Source: Chloroflexota bacterium
Lineage (GTDB): Bacteria; Chloroflexota; Dehalococcoidia; Lucifugimonadales; GCA-2719675
NCBI GenBank assembly: GCA_002719675.1
Contig: PBID01000006.1
Span: forward strand, 22,164-86,163
Direction of reading: 5' to 3'
Length of the DNA: 64,000 bases
Positions 37,349 through 47,252 of this stretch are shown piece after piece. The translations under genes and the position numbers were made by a program. Every line of letters starts with the position of its first letter. The first letter of the stretch is position 1. The notes beneath the pieces are model-generated. The model made no database searches and had not been told where the DNA came from. It saw nothing but the letters and a program-made list of their open reading frames with translations.

Positions 37349-37396
37349 TTTTATTCAACAATTTAGATATAAAACAAGCTAATAATAACGCAAAAT

Positions 37397-37555
37397 CTAA
37401 TGTAGAGGGCAAATAAGCATTGATGTAGTTTGGACGATGTTTAGGTTTTGTTTATTTTCAATATTTTTAATAGAACTTGATATTCCAAATGCAACTACAA
37501 AAATTGTAATTATTACCCAAATTGCTAAAGGAATAAAAAATGTTGGAATTCTCAT
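37397..37555 (-). CDS. Possible small membrane protein (52 aa)
   Basis: ATG ORF below the track cutoff: MRIPTFFIPLAIWVIITIFVVAFGISSSIKNIENKQNLNIVQTTSMLICPLH. One clear TM helix, but no SD. Confidence 0.25.
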   Translation of the reverse strand: MRIPTFFIPLAIWVIITIFVVAFGISSSIKNIENKQNLNIVQTTSMLICPLH

Positions 37556-37564
37556 TTCAAAAAA

Positions 37565-38755
37565 TTAATTTTCTGATAGAATTCTACTCGCAGCAGACAA
37601 GGCACTACCAGGTTCAATTTCATTACCGTACCTAGGTAAAAGTTTTTCTAGGGCAGCTAAAAGATTTAAAACGTATTCTGGTTTACTGGATTCTCCCATT
37701 AGACCAACACGCCAGACTTTTCCGGCATATTCCCCTAATCCTCTGCCAATTTCAATCCCAAACTCTCTTAGAAGAATTTTTCTTCCTTCAACACAATCGA
37801 TGTTTTTAGGAATTGTGAAAGGTGTAATCTGACTTAATCTATATCCATTTTGAGAAACTACGGTTAGCCCCAAAGCTTCTAAGCCGGATCTTAATGCTGA
37901 GGCATTTAAGTTGTGACGATCATATCTATTCTGTAATCCTTCTTCAACTATAATTTTTAAAGCTTCTCTTAAGGCTAAAATCATAGTAACAGGAGCTGTA
38001 TGATGATACGTATGAGCTTCACCCCAATAATCTGAAATTAATCCTAAGTCTAAGTACCATGAAGATGGTTTAGTTGTCCTGTTTTTTATAGAGTCTAGTG
38101 CATTTTTACTGATTGCTGCCGGAGACAAACCAGGAGGGCAAGCTAGTCCTTTTTGTGTTGCCGAATAGGCATAATCAATACCTATGGAATCAAATTCAAC
38201 TGGATTCGCACCAAGAGATGTAACTGCATCAACCATTAGCAAAGCATCATGATTTTTTGCAATTTTTGATAAGTCTTCAAGTGGTTGAAGTATTCCTGTA
38301 GAAGTTTCAGCTTGAACAGTAGTAACAAGTTTCACATTTTTATGTTTTTTAATTTCTTTTTCTAATAAATCTGGAGGAAAGGGTTTTCCCCAATCTGAGC
38401 GCAATGGGATAACATTTGCCCCTACCCTAGTTGCCATTTCAAATTGTCTTTCACAGAAAAAGCCATGAATGCACATTAGAACTACATCATTAGGTTCTAA
38501 AATTGAGTTAAGCCCAGCTTCCATTCCTGCTGAACCAGTTCCGGATAATGCCATAGTTGTAGCTGATTTTGTAGAATATACAATTTTTAGTAAATCAGAA
38601 ACCTCTTCCATAATAGAAATAAAATCAGGATCTAAGTAACCAATCATTGGGTTAACCATAGCTTGAAGAACTCTAGGAGGTACCATCATAGGACCTGGGC
38701 CTAATAATATTCTTGGAGGTATAGTTTGAAATTTTGTTTCGGGTATTTCTTGCAT
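37565..38755 (-). CDS. Class V PLP aminotransferase (alanine-glyoxylate / serine-pyruvate aminotransferase type)
   Basis: GPGP near the N-terminus, SGTGSAGMEA, VDAVTSLG, PLP-Lys context SATQKGLACPPG. Confidence 0.82.
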   Translation of the reverse strand: MQEIPETKFQTIPPRILLGPGPMMVPPRVLQAMVNPMIGYLDPDFISIMEEVSDLLKIVYSTKSATTMALSGTGSAGMEAGLNSILEPNDVVLMCIHGFFCERQFEMATRVGANVIPLRSDWGKPFPPDLLEKEIKKHKNVKLVTTVQAETSTGILQPLEDLSKIAKNHDALLMVDAVTSLGANPVEFDSIGIDYAYSATQKGLACPPGLSPAAISKNALDSIKNRTTKPSSWYLDLGLISDYWGEAHTYHHTAPVTMILALREALKIIVEEGLQNRYDRHNLNASALRSGLEALGLTVVSQNGYRLSQITPFTIPKNIDCVEGRKILLREFGIEIGRGLGEYAGKVWRVGLMGESSKPEYVLNLLAALEKLLPRYGNEIEPGSALSAASRILSEN

Positions 38756-38960
38756 GAAAATTTCCTGTGGTTAGTAATATTTGAAAGTGATTATAATCAT
38801 CTCAATTAAAGTCACTAAATATTATATTTTACGTAAATTAGAATGTCTATTTTTAAATGTATTAATATAACTTTTTAAGACTTAAGTATATTAAAGAATA
38901 TCTAAATATTTTCAAATAGCGTATGATATTTTTAATTTCAGATTTCATAAGGAGTAGCAT

Positions 38961-40787
38961 TTGTCATATAACCAAAATAAATTTGATTTTATTACACGCC
39001 CTGTTCTTAGGAGTAGAAAATTTAGTGTTACATCAGGACATTATTTATCATCTTTAGCAGGTATTAGAATTTTAGAACAAGGAGGTAATGCTATTGATGC
39101 GGCAGCAGCAACCTCTTTTTGTTTGAATATTATTAGGCCAGATAATAATGGTATAGCTGGTGAAGTTCCTACTTTGGTATATTCTGCAAAAGATAAAAAA
39201 GTTTTTGCAATTAGTGGAGTAGGATGGTCAGCCAAATCGTTTAATATTGATTGGTGTAAGAAAAATAATGTAGATATAATTCCTGGAGATGGATATTTAC
39301 CTGCAACTGTTCCTGCTCCTGTAGGTACATGGGCCTTAGCTCTTGCTAGGTTTGGAACTATGGGTTTTTCTGAAGTTCTTCAACCTGCTATCGAGTTAGC
39401 AGAAAATGGTTTTCCAATACATGAACAATTGCAACAAACTTTAAATAATTATTTTAAATCAGGTAAAACATTTCCTACTACTGATGAAATATTTTGTCCA
39501 AATGGAATTGTGCCAGATGTCGGCGATAGAATTGTTAATATTGATGCCGCTAATACGTTAAAAAAATTGTGTTTAGCAGAGAAAAAAGGAAGAAAACGTA
39601 GCCGAATTACCGGACTTGAGGCAGCTACTGATGCATTTTACAGAGGCGAGATTGCTGAAACAATAATTGATTTTATTCATAAAAATCCTGTAGAAGATAT
39701 TTCTGGCAGATCTTTCAAAGGAATGTTAGATCTTGAAGATTTTTCTGAGTGGCATGCAACTATTGAGGAACCAGAAGTTATTAATTTTAGAGGTTTAGAT
39801 GTATTTAAATGTCCATCTTGGACTCAGGGGCCTACATTTCTTCAGCATCTTGCTATTTTAGATACTTTTGATTTGGAAAAAATAGGACACAATACTGAAG
39901 AATATTTACATATTTTAATAGAATCAGGTAAGTTAGCTTTTGCTGATAGAGAAGCATATTATGGAGATCCTGATTTTGATAATGTTCCATTAGATGTTCT
40001 TTTATCAAAGTCATATAATTTAAATAGAAAAGAATCAATAAAAAAATCTGCTTCAATGGAAATGTCACCAGGCTTAGTTTCTGGAAAAGTTCCTGATTTT
40101 GCAACTTCTTTTGATGTGATTTCTGATAATCGAAAAGCTTTAGGATTAGATAATGGAGAATTACCAGATTTTGATCAGACTGGAATCCATACTGGTGGAG
40201 ATACAGTGCATTTAGATACAGTTGATTCATTTGGGAATATGGTTTCTTCTACTCCAAGCGGAGGCTGGCTGGCTAAATATTCACCAGTAATAAAAAGTTT
40301 AGGTTTCCCTTTGGGAACTAGAGGCCAAATGTTTTATTTGAATCCTTCACGCCCTAATGCATTATCTGGTAGGAAACGCCCTAGAGCGACACTAACTCCG
40401 GGCATAGCAACAAAAGATGGATTGCCTTATTTAGCTTTTGGTACTCCAGGTGGTGACAGCCAGGAACAAACTACAATTCAGTTTTTCTTGAATCATCATG
40501 TTTTTGGAATGAACTTGCAAGAAGCTATTGATGCTCCAAATTGTGTTATAGAACACTTCCCTAGTTCTTTTTATCCAAGAGAAGGAATTCCTGGAGGAGT
40601 AACAGTTGACGGAAGAGTTCCCCAAAATATAATTGATGGATTGAAAAATCGAGGTCATAAAGTTAAAGTTGGGAAACCTTATTCAGTAGGTGAAGTTTCA
40701 GCTATAAGTCTTGAGGCTGAAAAAGAAGGCTTAATTTCTTCTGCAGCGTCAGCACATGGAGGATTAGCTTACGCAATTAGTAGGTAG
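38961..40787 (+). CDS. ggt: Gamma-glutamyltranspeptidase-family Ntn hydrolase
   Basis: Autoprocessing Thr context GGDTVHLDTVDSFGNMVSSTPSGG and C-terminal FGTPGGDSQ. TTG start 6 nt after AAGGAG. No signal peptide is visible. Confidence 0.85.
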   Translation: MSYNQNKFDFITRPVLRSRKFSVTSGHYLSSLAGIRILEQGGNAIDAAAATSFCLNIIRPDNNGIAGEVPTLVYSAKDKKVFAISGVGWSAKSFNIDWCKKNNVDIIPGDGYLPATVPAPVGTWALALARFGTMGFSEVLQPAIELAENGFPIHEQLQQTLNNYFKSGKTFPTTDEIFCPNGIVPDVGDRIVNIDAANTLKKLCLAEKKGRKRSRITGLEAATDAFYRGEIAETIIDFIHKNPVEDISGRSFKGMLDLEDFSEWHATIEEPEVINFRGLDVFKCPSWTQGPTFLQHLAILDTFDLEKIGHNTEEYLHILIESGKLAFADREAYYGDPDFDNVPLDVLLSKSYNLNRKESIKKSASMEMSPGLVSGKVPDFATSFDVISDNRKALGLDNGELPDFDQTGIHTGGDTVHLDTVDSFGNMVSSTPSGGWLAKYSPVIKSLGFPLGTRGQMFYLNPSRPNALSGRKRPRATLTPGIATKDGLPYLAFGTPGGDSQEQTTIQFFLNHHVFGMNLQEAIDAPNCVIEHFPSSFYPREGIPGGVTVDGRVPQNIIDGLKNRGHKVKVGKPYSVGEVSAISLEAEKEGLISSAASAHGGLAYAISR

Positions 40788-40789
40788 AG

Positions 40790-42052
40790 TTATTTACTTC
40801 TTTGCTTAAAAGATGTAATAACTTTTTTGTTTGCTTCAATAATTTGGCCTACGTATTCTTCTGTAAAAAATGGTTTCATTGAAAATCCAATACCTTTTGA
40901 CATGAAATTATCTCCAAAAGAATTTTTCACTTTTCTGTAGTCTATAGGTGTTTCTCGATTATAATCGAGAGGGAATCTTGAGTTTCCATATAGGTTTGGT
41001 TCAGACAGGAATGGGTTTCTGTAAAGTGGCCCATGTTCAGGTGTGCCTATATATGGACCAGAACAGGGAATCCCTTCAGCAGATACTGCGGCTGCATATT
41101 CGTCGGGGGTGCAATTTAAAGCTTCAGTATCAAGAGTGAATCTTAATCCCCAATACGTATGCTTAACGCCAGGTCTTACTTTTTGTGCAGTAATTTCTTC
41201 AAAATCTGATAAACCTTCTATTATATTAGTTGCAGATCTAATTTTGGCGTCAACATAACCATCTACTTTTTTAAGCTGTACCCTTCCCATTGCACCCATA
41301 ATTTCATAGACTTTATAATTTGGAGCTAGGAAATAATTTGCATAAGGTTCACCATCAAGAGAGGTTGTTCTCCTTGGCAATGCTGCATCAATAAATAATC
41401 TAGCTCTATCCCAGAGATCAGGATTATTAGTTAAAACCATACCACCTGCACCTAAGTTAAGATGTTTTCCACCGAAACTAACACCTGCTATATCAGCAAG
41501 AGATCCAGCTATAACACCATTGTCTTCAGAGAAATGTGACTGGCAACAATCTTCTATCAAATAAATTCCATGTTTATCAGCAATTTTTCGGAGTTCTCGT
41601 ACATTAGCGATATTACCCATAAGATTGACTACAAGAATTGCTTTTGTTCTGGAAGTGATTTTTGATTCTACTTCTGCTGGATCTAAGCACATTGTTTCAT
41701 CAATATCTGCAAAAATAGGTACGCAATTTTGAAGCAAAATTCCAATAATACTTCCGCCTGAAGTCCATGCGGTTGTAATTATTTCATCTCCAGGGTCTGG
41801 GTTTAGTGCTCCAACACATGTGTGCATTGCGGAAGTACCAGAGTTAACCATGACACCATACTTTATACCGTATCTTTTGGCATATTCGTCTTGAAATGCT
41901 GAAACTTCAGGTCCAGCTGGAACTTTTAGCAAAACTCCAGATTTAATTACCGATTCTACAGCAGCAACATCATCTTCACCAAAGTTATGTGTAGGGCTAG
42001 AATCCTGTTCAGAACGAACAGGAATTCCACCATCTATTGCTAGCTTACTCAT
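40790..42052 (-). CDS. DegT/DnrJ/EryC1/StrS-family PLP aminotransferase, paralog 1
   Basis: VNSGTSAMHTC, IEDCCQSH, GVSFGGKHLN (Lys). 420 aa. Confidence 0.82.
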   Translation of the reverse strand: MSKLAIDGGIPVRSEQDSSPTHNFGEDDVAAVESVIKSGVLLKVPAGPEVSAFQDEYAKRYGIKYGVMVNSGTSAMHTCVGALNPDPGDEIITTAWTSGGSIIGILLQNCVPIFADIDETMCLDPAEVESKITSRTKAILVVNLMGNIANVRELRKIADKHGIYLIEDCCQSHFSEDNGVIAGSLADIAGVSFGGKHLNLGAGGMVLTNNPDLWDRARLFIDAALPRRTTSLDGEPYANYFLAPNYKVYEIMGAMGRVQLKKVDGYVDAKIRSATNIIEGLSDFEEITAQKVRPGVKHTYWGLRFTLDTEALNCTPDEYAAAVSAEGIPCSGPYIGTPEHGPLYRNPFLSEPNLYGNSRFPLDYNRETPIDYRKVKNSFGDNFMSKGIGFSMKPFFTEEYVGQIIEANKKVITSFKQRSK

Positions 42053-42079
42053 AGGTTACTCCCATGTTTTACTAAATTT

Positions 42080-43330
42080 TTATCTTTCTCTAAATGCAGT
42101 GACCACTTTTCTATTAGCTTCAATGACTTGACCAACGTATTCTTCGTCAAAACTCGGCTGCATTTGTAATGCAATACCCTTAGACATCAATTCTTCTCCA
42201 TGAGGATTATTCCATTTTCTATAATCTATAGGTGTTTCTCGATTATAATCGAGAGGGAATCTTGAATTTCCATATAGATTAGGTTCAGAAAGGAATGGGT
42301 TTTTATATAAAGGTCCAATGTCAGGAGTTCCTAAGTAAGGTCCAGAAAATGGAACACCTTCAGCTGCAACTGCATCAGCAAACTCATCTGCGGTACAGTT
42401 TAGAGCATCAGTGTCAATTGAGAAATTTAAAGTCCAATATGTGTGCTTCACACCAGGTCTAACTGCTTGAGGGGTGATTTCTTCAATATCTGAGAGACCG
42501 TTAATGATATTGGTTGCAGATCTAATTTTGCTGTCAACATAGCCATCCACTTTTTTAAGCTGTACTCTTCCCATTGCACCCATAATATCGTTGATTTTAT
42601 AGTTAGGAGCTAGGAAATAATTTGCATAAGGTTTGCCTTCAGCGGGACCATTTGCTCTTGGTAAAGCTGCATCATGAAAAAGTATAGCTCTTTCCCAAAG
42701 CGCGGTGTTGTTAGTCAGTACCATTCCACCTCCGCCTATGTTTAGGTGCTTTCCCCCGAAACTAACACCAGCTATATCAGCAAGAGAACCTGCGGTTATA
42801 CCGTTGTCTTCAGAAAAATGGGATTGGCAGCAGTCTTCGATTAAGTAAATACCATGTTTGTCAGCAATCTTTCTGAGTTCTCTTACATTAGCGATATTAC
42901 CGAATAGATTCACAACTAAAATTGCTTTTGTTCGAGAAGTAATTTTCTTTTCAACATCTACTGGGTCAAGACACATAGTATCATCTATATCTGCAAAAAT
43001 AGGTACACAATTTTGAAGTAGAAGTCCTAGAATACTTCCGCCTGAAGTCCATGCGGTTGTAATTATTTCATCTCCAGGATTTGGGTTCATAGCTGCTACA
43101 CAAGTATGCATAGCGGAAGTTCCAGAGTTTACAGCTATTCCATATTTCACACCATATCGGTCAGCATATTCTCTTTGAAATGCGGTTATTTGTTCGCCTT
43201 TACCAATTTTTCCAGATCTGATAACTTCAGAAACAGCTTGTACATCATCTTCTCCGAAATCATGTGTTGGCCAATCTTTTTCTTGAGAAATAACAGGGGT
43301 ACCGCCATTTATAGCTAATTTTTCACTCAT
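42080..43330 (-). CDS. DegT/DnrJ/EryC1/StrS-family PLP aminotransferase, paralog 2
   Basis: Same motifs as paralog 1 and roughly three-quarters identical to it by eye. ATG 43330 (MSEKLAINGG) follows GGAG and matches the paralog 1 N-terminus. The track ORF extends to 43348. Confidence 0.82.
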   Translation of the reverse strand: MSEKLAINGGTPVISQEKDWPTHDFGEDDVQAVSEVIRSGKIGKGEQITAFQREYADRYGVKYGIAVNSGTSAMHTCVAAMNPNPGDEIITTAWTSGGSILGLLLQNCVPIFADIDDTMCLDPVDVEKKITSRTKAILVVNLFGNIANVRELRKIADKHGIYLIEDCCQSHFSEDNGITAGSLADIAGVSFGGKHLNIGGGGMVLTNNTALWERAILFHDAALPRANGPAEGKPYANYFLAPNYKINDIMGAMGRVQLKKVDGYVDSKIRSATNIINGLSDIEEITPQAVRPGVKHTYWTLNFSIDTDALNCTADEFADAVAAEGVPFSGPYLGTPDIGPLYKNPFLSEPNLYGNSRFPLDYNRETPIDYRKWNNPHGEELMSKGIALQMQPSFDEEYVGQVIEANRKVVTAFRER

Positions 43331-43462
43331 TGTAAAACTCCATATCAAAAATATTTATTGTGAAATCAGAGACAAAATAATTTTGTCTAAAATTATTTCT
43401 CGATCCTACAAATTCATAATCTTTTTGTCAAGTTTGTAAATGAGAGTTTAATATGGGTCTAA

Positions 43463-44593
43463 TTAACTTTTATTTGATTCAAAAGTTTTCAAACTATATC
43501 GTTGATAAGGATCAAGAAATTTGCGCAACCCAATACCTGTAAGGTTGAATCCAATGATTGTGATTGTAATTGCCATGGCTGGAGCAATTGTTAACCAAGG
43601 CCACTTGAAAATAGCAAGCCTAGCTCCTGAAAGCATACCTGCCCATTCAGGATATTTAGGTGTTTTCATTCTAAGAATATCTGCAGTAGCTCTTTCGCCA
43701 ACATATAGTCCCAAAAATCCTAGTTCTGCAAGAGTCAGTAAAATAGCACTAAGTTCTTGGGTTGTTGAAGGTATAATTTGTGCTGAAATATTAGGCAATA
43801 TATGTTTGTAAAATATTTGAAGAGGAGAAGCACCGACAGAAACGGCGCTTTCTATAAAAGGTTGACTTTTTACCCAACTGATAGAGTTGTTAACAAGGTT
43901 AGTTTGTTCAGACCATCCAGTTAACCCTAATCCAAATATAAATACCCAAATTCCGTTTCCCCCTCCTACAGATTTTATGAATATTAAAGCAAATAACAGA
44001 CTTGGTATAGAAGCTGAGACTGATGAAATAGATAACATTTGTTTGGATAAATTGTTTTGTTTTAGTCCTGAATATATTCCAATTAAACTACCTATTCCAA
44101 GCCTTAAGATAGTTACAAAAAAACAAATCGTCATAGTTTTTTTAGTTCCATGAATTACCCTACTTAGCATATCTCTGGCTTTCGCATCCGATCCCATTAA
44201 GTATTTTTTATTAGGAGAAAATGGAGCAGCTTTTGTTTCTCCATCAAAATTTTGTAAGACGCGACCTCGTTCTTGAGGATCAAATGGAGCAGCATGTTCT
44301 GGCCAGAAAGTGAAATAAACTACTACCAGACACACCAATATTCCTACAATTAAAGCTGGATTAGATAAAAGGGTGAATATTTTTTCCACAAAATTAAGGG
44401 TATTAATTTTATAAGAGTTATTTTTATATTGGTCAACGTTGGTTGTGTCAAATAATTTCAGAACCAATTTAGCTGGGGCGCTAAAATTACTAATTGCAAA
44501 GCTTGATGTAAAAATTAATGATAGAAAAACTAACAAATAACCTGAGTTTGTGATCCACCAGACTGAAGTATATTCTTCTATAGCTATGATCAA
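43463..44593 (-). CDS. ABC transporter permease, DppC/OppC-like (orphan)
   Basis: Multi-TM protein with the EAA-type loop region ESAVSVGASPLQIFYKHILPN. TTG start. No adjacent ATPase, partner permease or binding protein. Confidence 0.78.
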   Translation of the reverse strand: MIIAIEEYTSVWWITNSGYLLVFLSLIFTSSFAISNFSAPAKLVLKLFDTTNVDQYKNNSYKINTLNFVEKIFTLLSNPALIVGILVCLVVVYFTFWPEHAAPFDPQERGRVLQNFDGETKAAPFSPNKKYLMGSDAKARDMLSRVIHGTKKTMTICFFVTILRLGIGSLIGIYSGLKQNNLSKQMLSISSVSASIPSLLFALIFIKSVGGGNGIWVFIFGLGLTGWSEQTNLVNNSISWVKSQPFIESAVSVGASPLQIFYKHILPNISAQIIPSTTQELSAILLTLAELGFLGLYVGERATADILRMKTPKYPEWAGMLSGARLAIFKWPWLTIAPAMAITITIIGFNLTGIGLRKFLDPYQRYSLKTFESNKS

Positions 44594-44683
44594 TTTAATT
44601 CCGTTTCTTTTAACGGTAAATAAGTAAAATAAGAAACTACCTATATATGATTATAAATCATTTATGAAAGTATTGAATTTAAA

Positions 44684-46060
44684 TTATATATCGTTATTAT
44701 TTTTTATTGCGGAAGCTGCAGCTATTATCCCATAAACAAGGCCTAGACATAAACCACCTCCATATGAATGATTATATATTCCGCCTGTATCACCACCTGC
44801 AGCATATAAATTTTTTATTGGTAAATTTTTTGTGTTTAAAACTTGGGCATTTTCGTTAATTTCTAATCCTCCAAGAGTTATGGTAATTCCTGTTGTAAGT
44901 GCAATTGCATAGTATGGAGGTGTTAAAATTGGGTTTAAATTTTTTTCTCTAGGAATACCTTGCGATGATTTGGTTTTGTTTACAATATAATCGTTGTAAG
45001 AAATAATACTTTTTAAAGCTGTTTCCTTATTGACACCCCAATTGCTCATGTTAGACAGGAGTTTTTCTAGAGAATCTTCTTTGGCGGTCAGTGCTTGAAT
45101 CTCAATTGATTTTTTGAATGGATCACTATCAGGTTGCCCAGAGATAGATTTTTTTATCCCATATTTTTGATATATTGTTTCATCAAAAATCATATATGAG
45201 GTTGCATTATTTTGTTTAATGGTTGCTTCAGCATTTGATTCATCACATATAGATTCATCAGTAAATCTATTTCCACTATCATTGATCAAAATACATTGTT
45301 CTGAATGGTACATCGTGAATTCAGAAAATCTATCTCTTGGAATTTCTGCAGGTGGCGCCGGCATTAAATGTCCGTAAAAACTATCCATTGATTGGCTTTG
45401 TTTTGCTCCAATTGATGATGCTAGTTTTAAACCGTCTCCACTGCTTTGTAAATTTCCTCTTACTATAAGTTTGTCACTCCATTTGCCAAAGTTTTTTTTC
45501 TTAAGATTAGCGTCATTATGAAAGCCACCAGTTGCTAGTATTAGGGCGCTACAATTGATTGATGTTGTTTGATAATTATCAATTATTTTAACTGATTTAA
45601 TATGGTGATTAGAATCTGATTCAATTTGATCTATATAAGCATTTAGTATGATTTCTCCACCAAACTCCAAAAACTTTTTAGTAATGAATTCAGCAAAATA
45701 GTCAGAATTTGGAGACATTTGGAAGCAATATCTATCTGTTTCTCTATATAAAGCTGCGATTGTGTTTTCTATTGGAGCACCTAGGCTAATTAACCATTCA
45801 ATGCTTGGCAAAAAATTATCAATCAGTTTTTCTCCAAGAATAGTATTACCTTTTGAATTAATTTTTTTGTAGTCTGAGTGGTTTTTAAAGCACCAAATAC
45901 TTCCTCCAGACATCCTCATAGAACCACCGGTTTTTGAGTCTTTTTCAATGATGATGGTTTTTTTCCCTTGTTGCTGAGCATAGGTTCCGGCAATCAAGCC
46001 AGCCATGCCTCCGCCTAAAATTAATATTGGATTTTCTTTGCCGTATTTAGAAACGTTCAT
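44684..46060 (-). CDS. FAD-dependent oxidoreductase (fumarate reductase / KstD / TcuA-like flavoprotein)
   Basis: N-terminal dinucleotide fold ILILGGGMAGLIAG...IIIEK and C-terminal LYAAGGDTGG. Confidence 0.8.
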   Translation of the reverse strand: MNVSKYGKENPILILGGGMAGLIAGTYAQQQGKKTIIIEKDSKTGGSMRMSGGSIWCFKNHSDYKKINSKGNTILGEKLIDNFLPSIEWLISLGAPIENTIAALYRETDRYCFQMSPNSDYFAEFITKKFLEFGGEIILNAYIDQIESDSNHHIKSVKIIDNYQTTSINCSALILATGGFHNDANLKKKNFGKWSDKLIVRGNLQSSGDGLKLASSIGAKQSQSMDSFYGHLMPAPPAEIPRDRFSEFTMYHSEQCILINDSGNRFTDESICDESNAEATIKQNNATSYMIFDETIYQKYGIKKSISGQPDSDPFKKSIEIQALTAKEDSLEKLLSNMSNWGVNKETALKSIISYNDYIVNKTKSSQGIPREKNLNPILTPPYYAIALTTGITITLGGLEINENAQVLNTKNLPIKNLYAAGGDTGGIYNHSYGGGLCLGLVYGIIAAASAIKNNNDI

Positions 46061-46065
46061 TACAA

Positions 46066-47214
46066 TTAAATTTCCCAGTTACTTTTTTGGATTGCTGATT
46101 GATTTTCATATCTATAAGAACTAAAAACCATTCCAGATACAGAAGTATGATTTAGAATACTTTTCTGATCTTTTGGAGTGGTATTTGTCCATTGTCTACT
46201 AACGTATAATTTAGATTGATTATTTGGAAATTTTTCGGAGTAAACTTGATTTAAGTCTTCTGAAAGTGAATTCATGTTGAAAGAATCATTATAATTTTGT
46301 ATATAACCATATCCTCTATGCATTGGCCATAAATCAATCCATAATGAGGGACATTTTGAAGAACTTTGGTCAATAGCAAGAAAATCAATTAAATTTTCAT
46401 CGACCCATTTTCTCCAGTTTAATGTAACGTTACTAAGTGGTGGACCTAAAACTTCCCCTCTGCTACAACCTATTCCTAATGAGTGATCAATTTCTACTAG
46501 TTTTTTGTTTAATTCAGATAAAAAAATTGTCAGGTATTCTCCCTGTAAATCTCTCCATAATTGTAAATCAAAATCATCTTCTAAAATGTTTTTACCGAAT
46601 TTGCTTTTAAATTCTTCAACGATTGGTTCATTAAAACCAAATTGATCAGCAAAATCTGAAGGTTTTGATTGAGATCTTGTACATATAAAAAGCCCGTCAA
46701 AATTATAATCTTGTATGAGTTTAATATATTGATTTTGTAAATATTGTCGTACTTCAGGGTAAGCAAGACAAAGGACACCCCATTGTTTATTACCCATTCT
46801 GTCCTCTAACACATATTTAGGGTTATCATGGCTAAATCTAGTTTGAAAACTGATATCTTTTGCATGCCACTCATTATGATAAGAAATTTTTCTGATTTTT
46901 TCTTCTGGCAGAGGCCATCCATGATCATTTAATGTCACATATAAGTAGTTTTTTAAACCATGATTGTGTGATAAAGAAACTGATATTTCAAAATCATCGA
47001 AATCAGGAAGGTTTTTATGAACTTTTGCAGCGTATTCGTAACCTTCTGCAGCAAAAACATAATCATCTTGTCGAGATCTATTTTCTCTCCATAAAATAGT
47101 CCCTGCATCAAGGTTTTTTTTCCAACGATTTATAGCTGAATCTAAGAGTTCTGGGGTGTCTAATTTACCATCTCCTTCACCAAAAACCAGATGGTCTCCC
47201 CAGGAGACACTCAT
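46066..47214 (-). CDS. Hypothetical TIM-barrel glycoside-hydrolase-like protein (GHL10/DUF187-like, tentative)
   Basis: CLAYPEVRQYLQNQYIKLIQDYNFDGLFI resembles the NPxxPEVRxYLxxxxxELxxxYxxDGI segment of GH-like family 10 proteins. A 5-nt gap to the downstream gene. Confidence 0.45.
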   Translation of the reverse strand: MSVSWGDHLVFGEGDGKLDTPELLDSAINRWKKNLDAGTILWRENRSRQDDYVFAAEGYEYAAKVHKNLPDFDDFEISVSLSHNHGLKNYLYVTLNDHGWPLPEEKIRKISYHNEWHAKDISFQTRFSHDNPKYVLEDRMGNKQWGVLCLAYPEVRQYLQNQYIKLIQDYNFDGLFICTRSQSKPSDFADQFGFNEPIVEEFKSKFGKNILEDDFDLQLWRDLQGEYLTIFLSELNKKLVEIDHSLGIGCSRGEVLGPPLSNVTLNWRKWVDENLIDFLAIDQSSSKCPSLWIDLWPMHRGYGYIQNYNDSFNMNSLSEDLNQVYSEKFPNNQSKLYVSRQWTNTTPKDQKSILNHTSVSGMVFSSYRYENQSAIQKSNWEI

Positions 47215-47252
47215 TATATTTTGAAACTTGGAATTATTACCTAAAATTTTGT

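Noticed and set aside
40953-40970. The 18-bp perfect palindrome TCTCGATTATAATCGAGA present in both DegT paralogs as a protein-binding or recombination site
   Set aside because: It lies inside a longer block of perfect identity within conserved coding sequence (PLDYNRETPIDY), and other equally long identical blocks lack palindromes. It is most simply a coding coincidence preserved by gene conversion.
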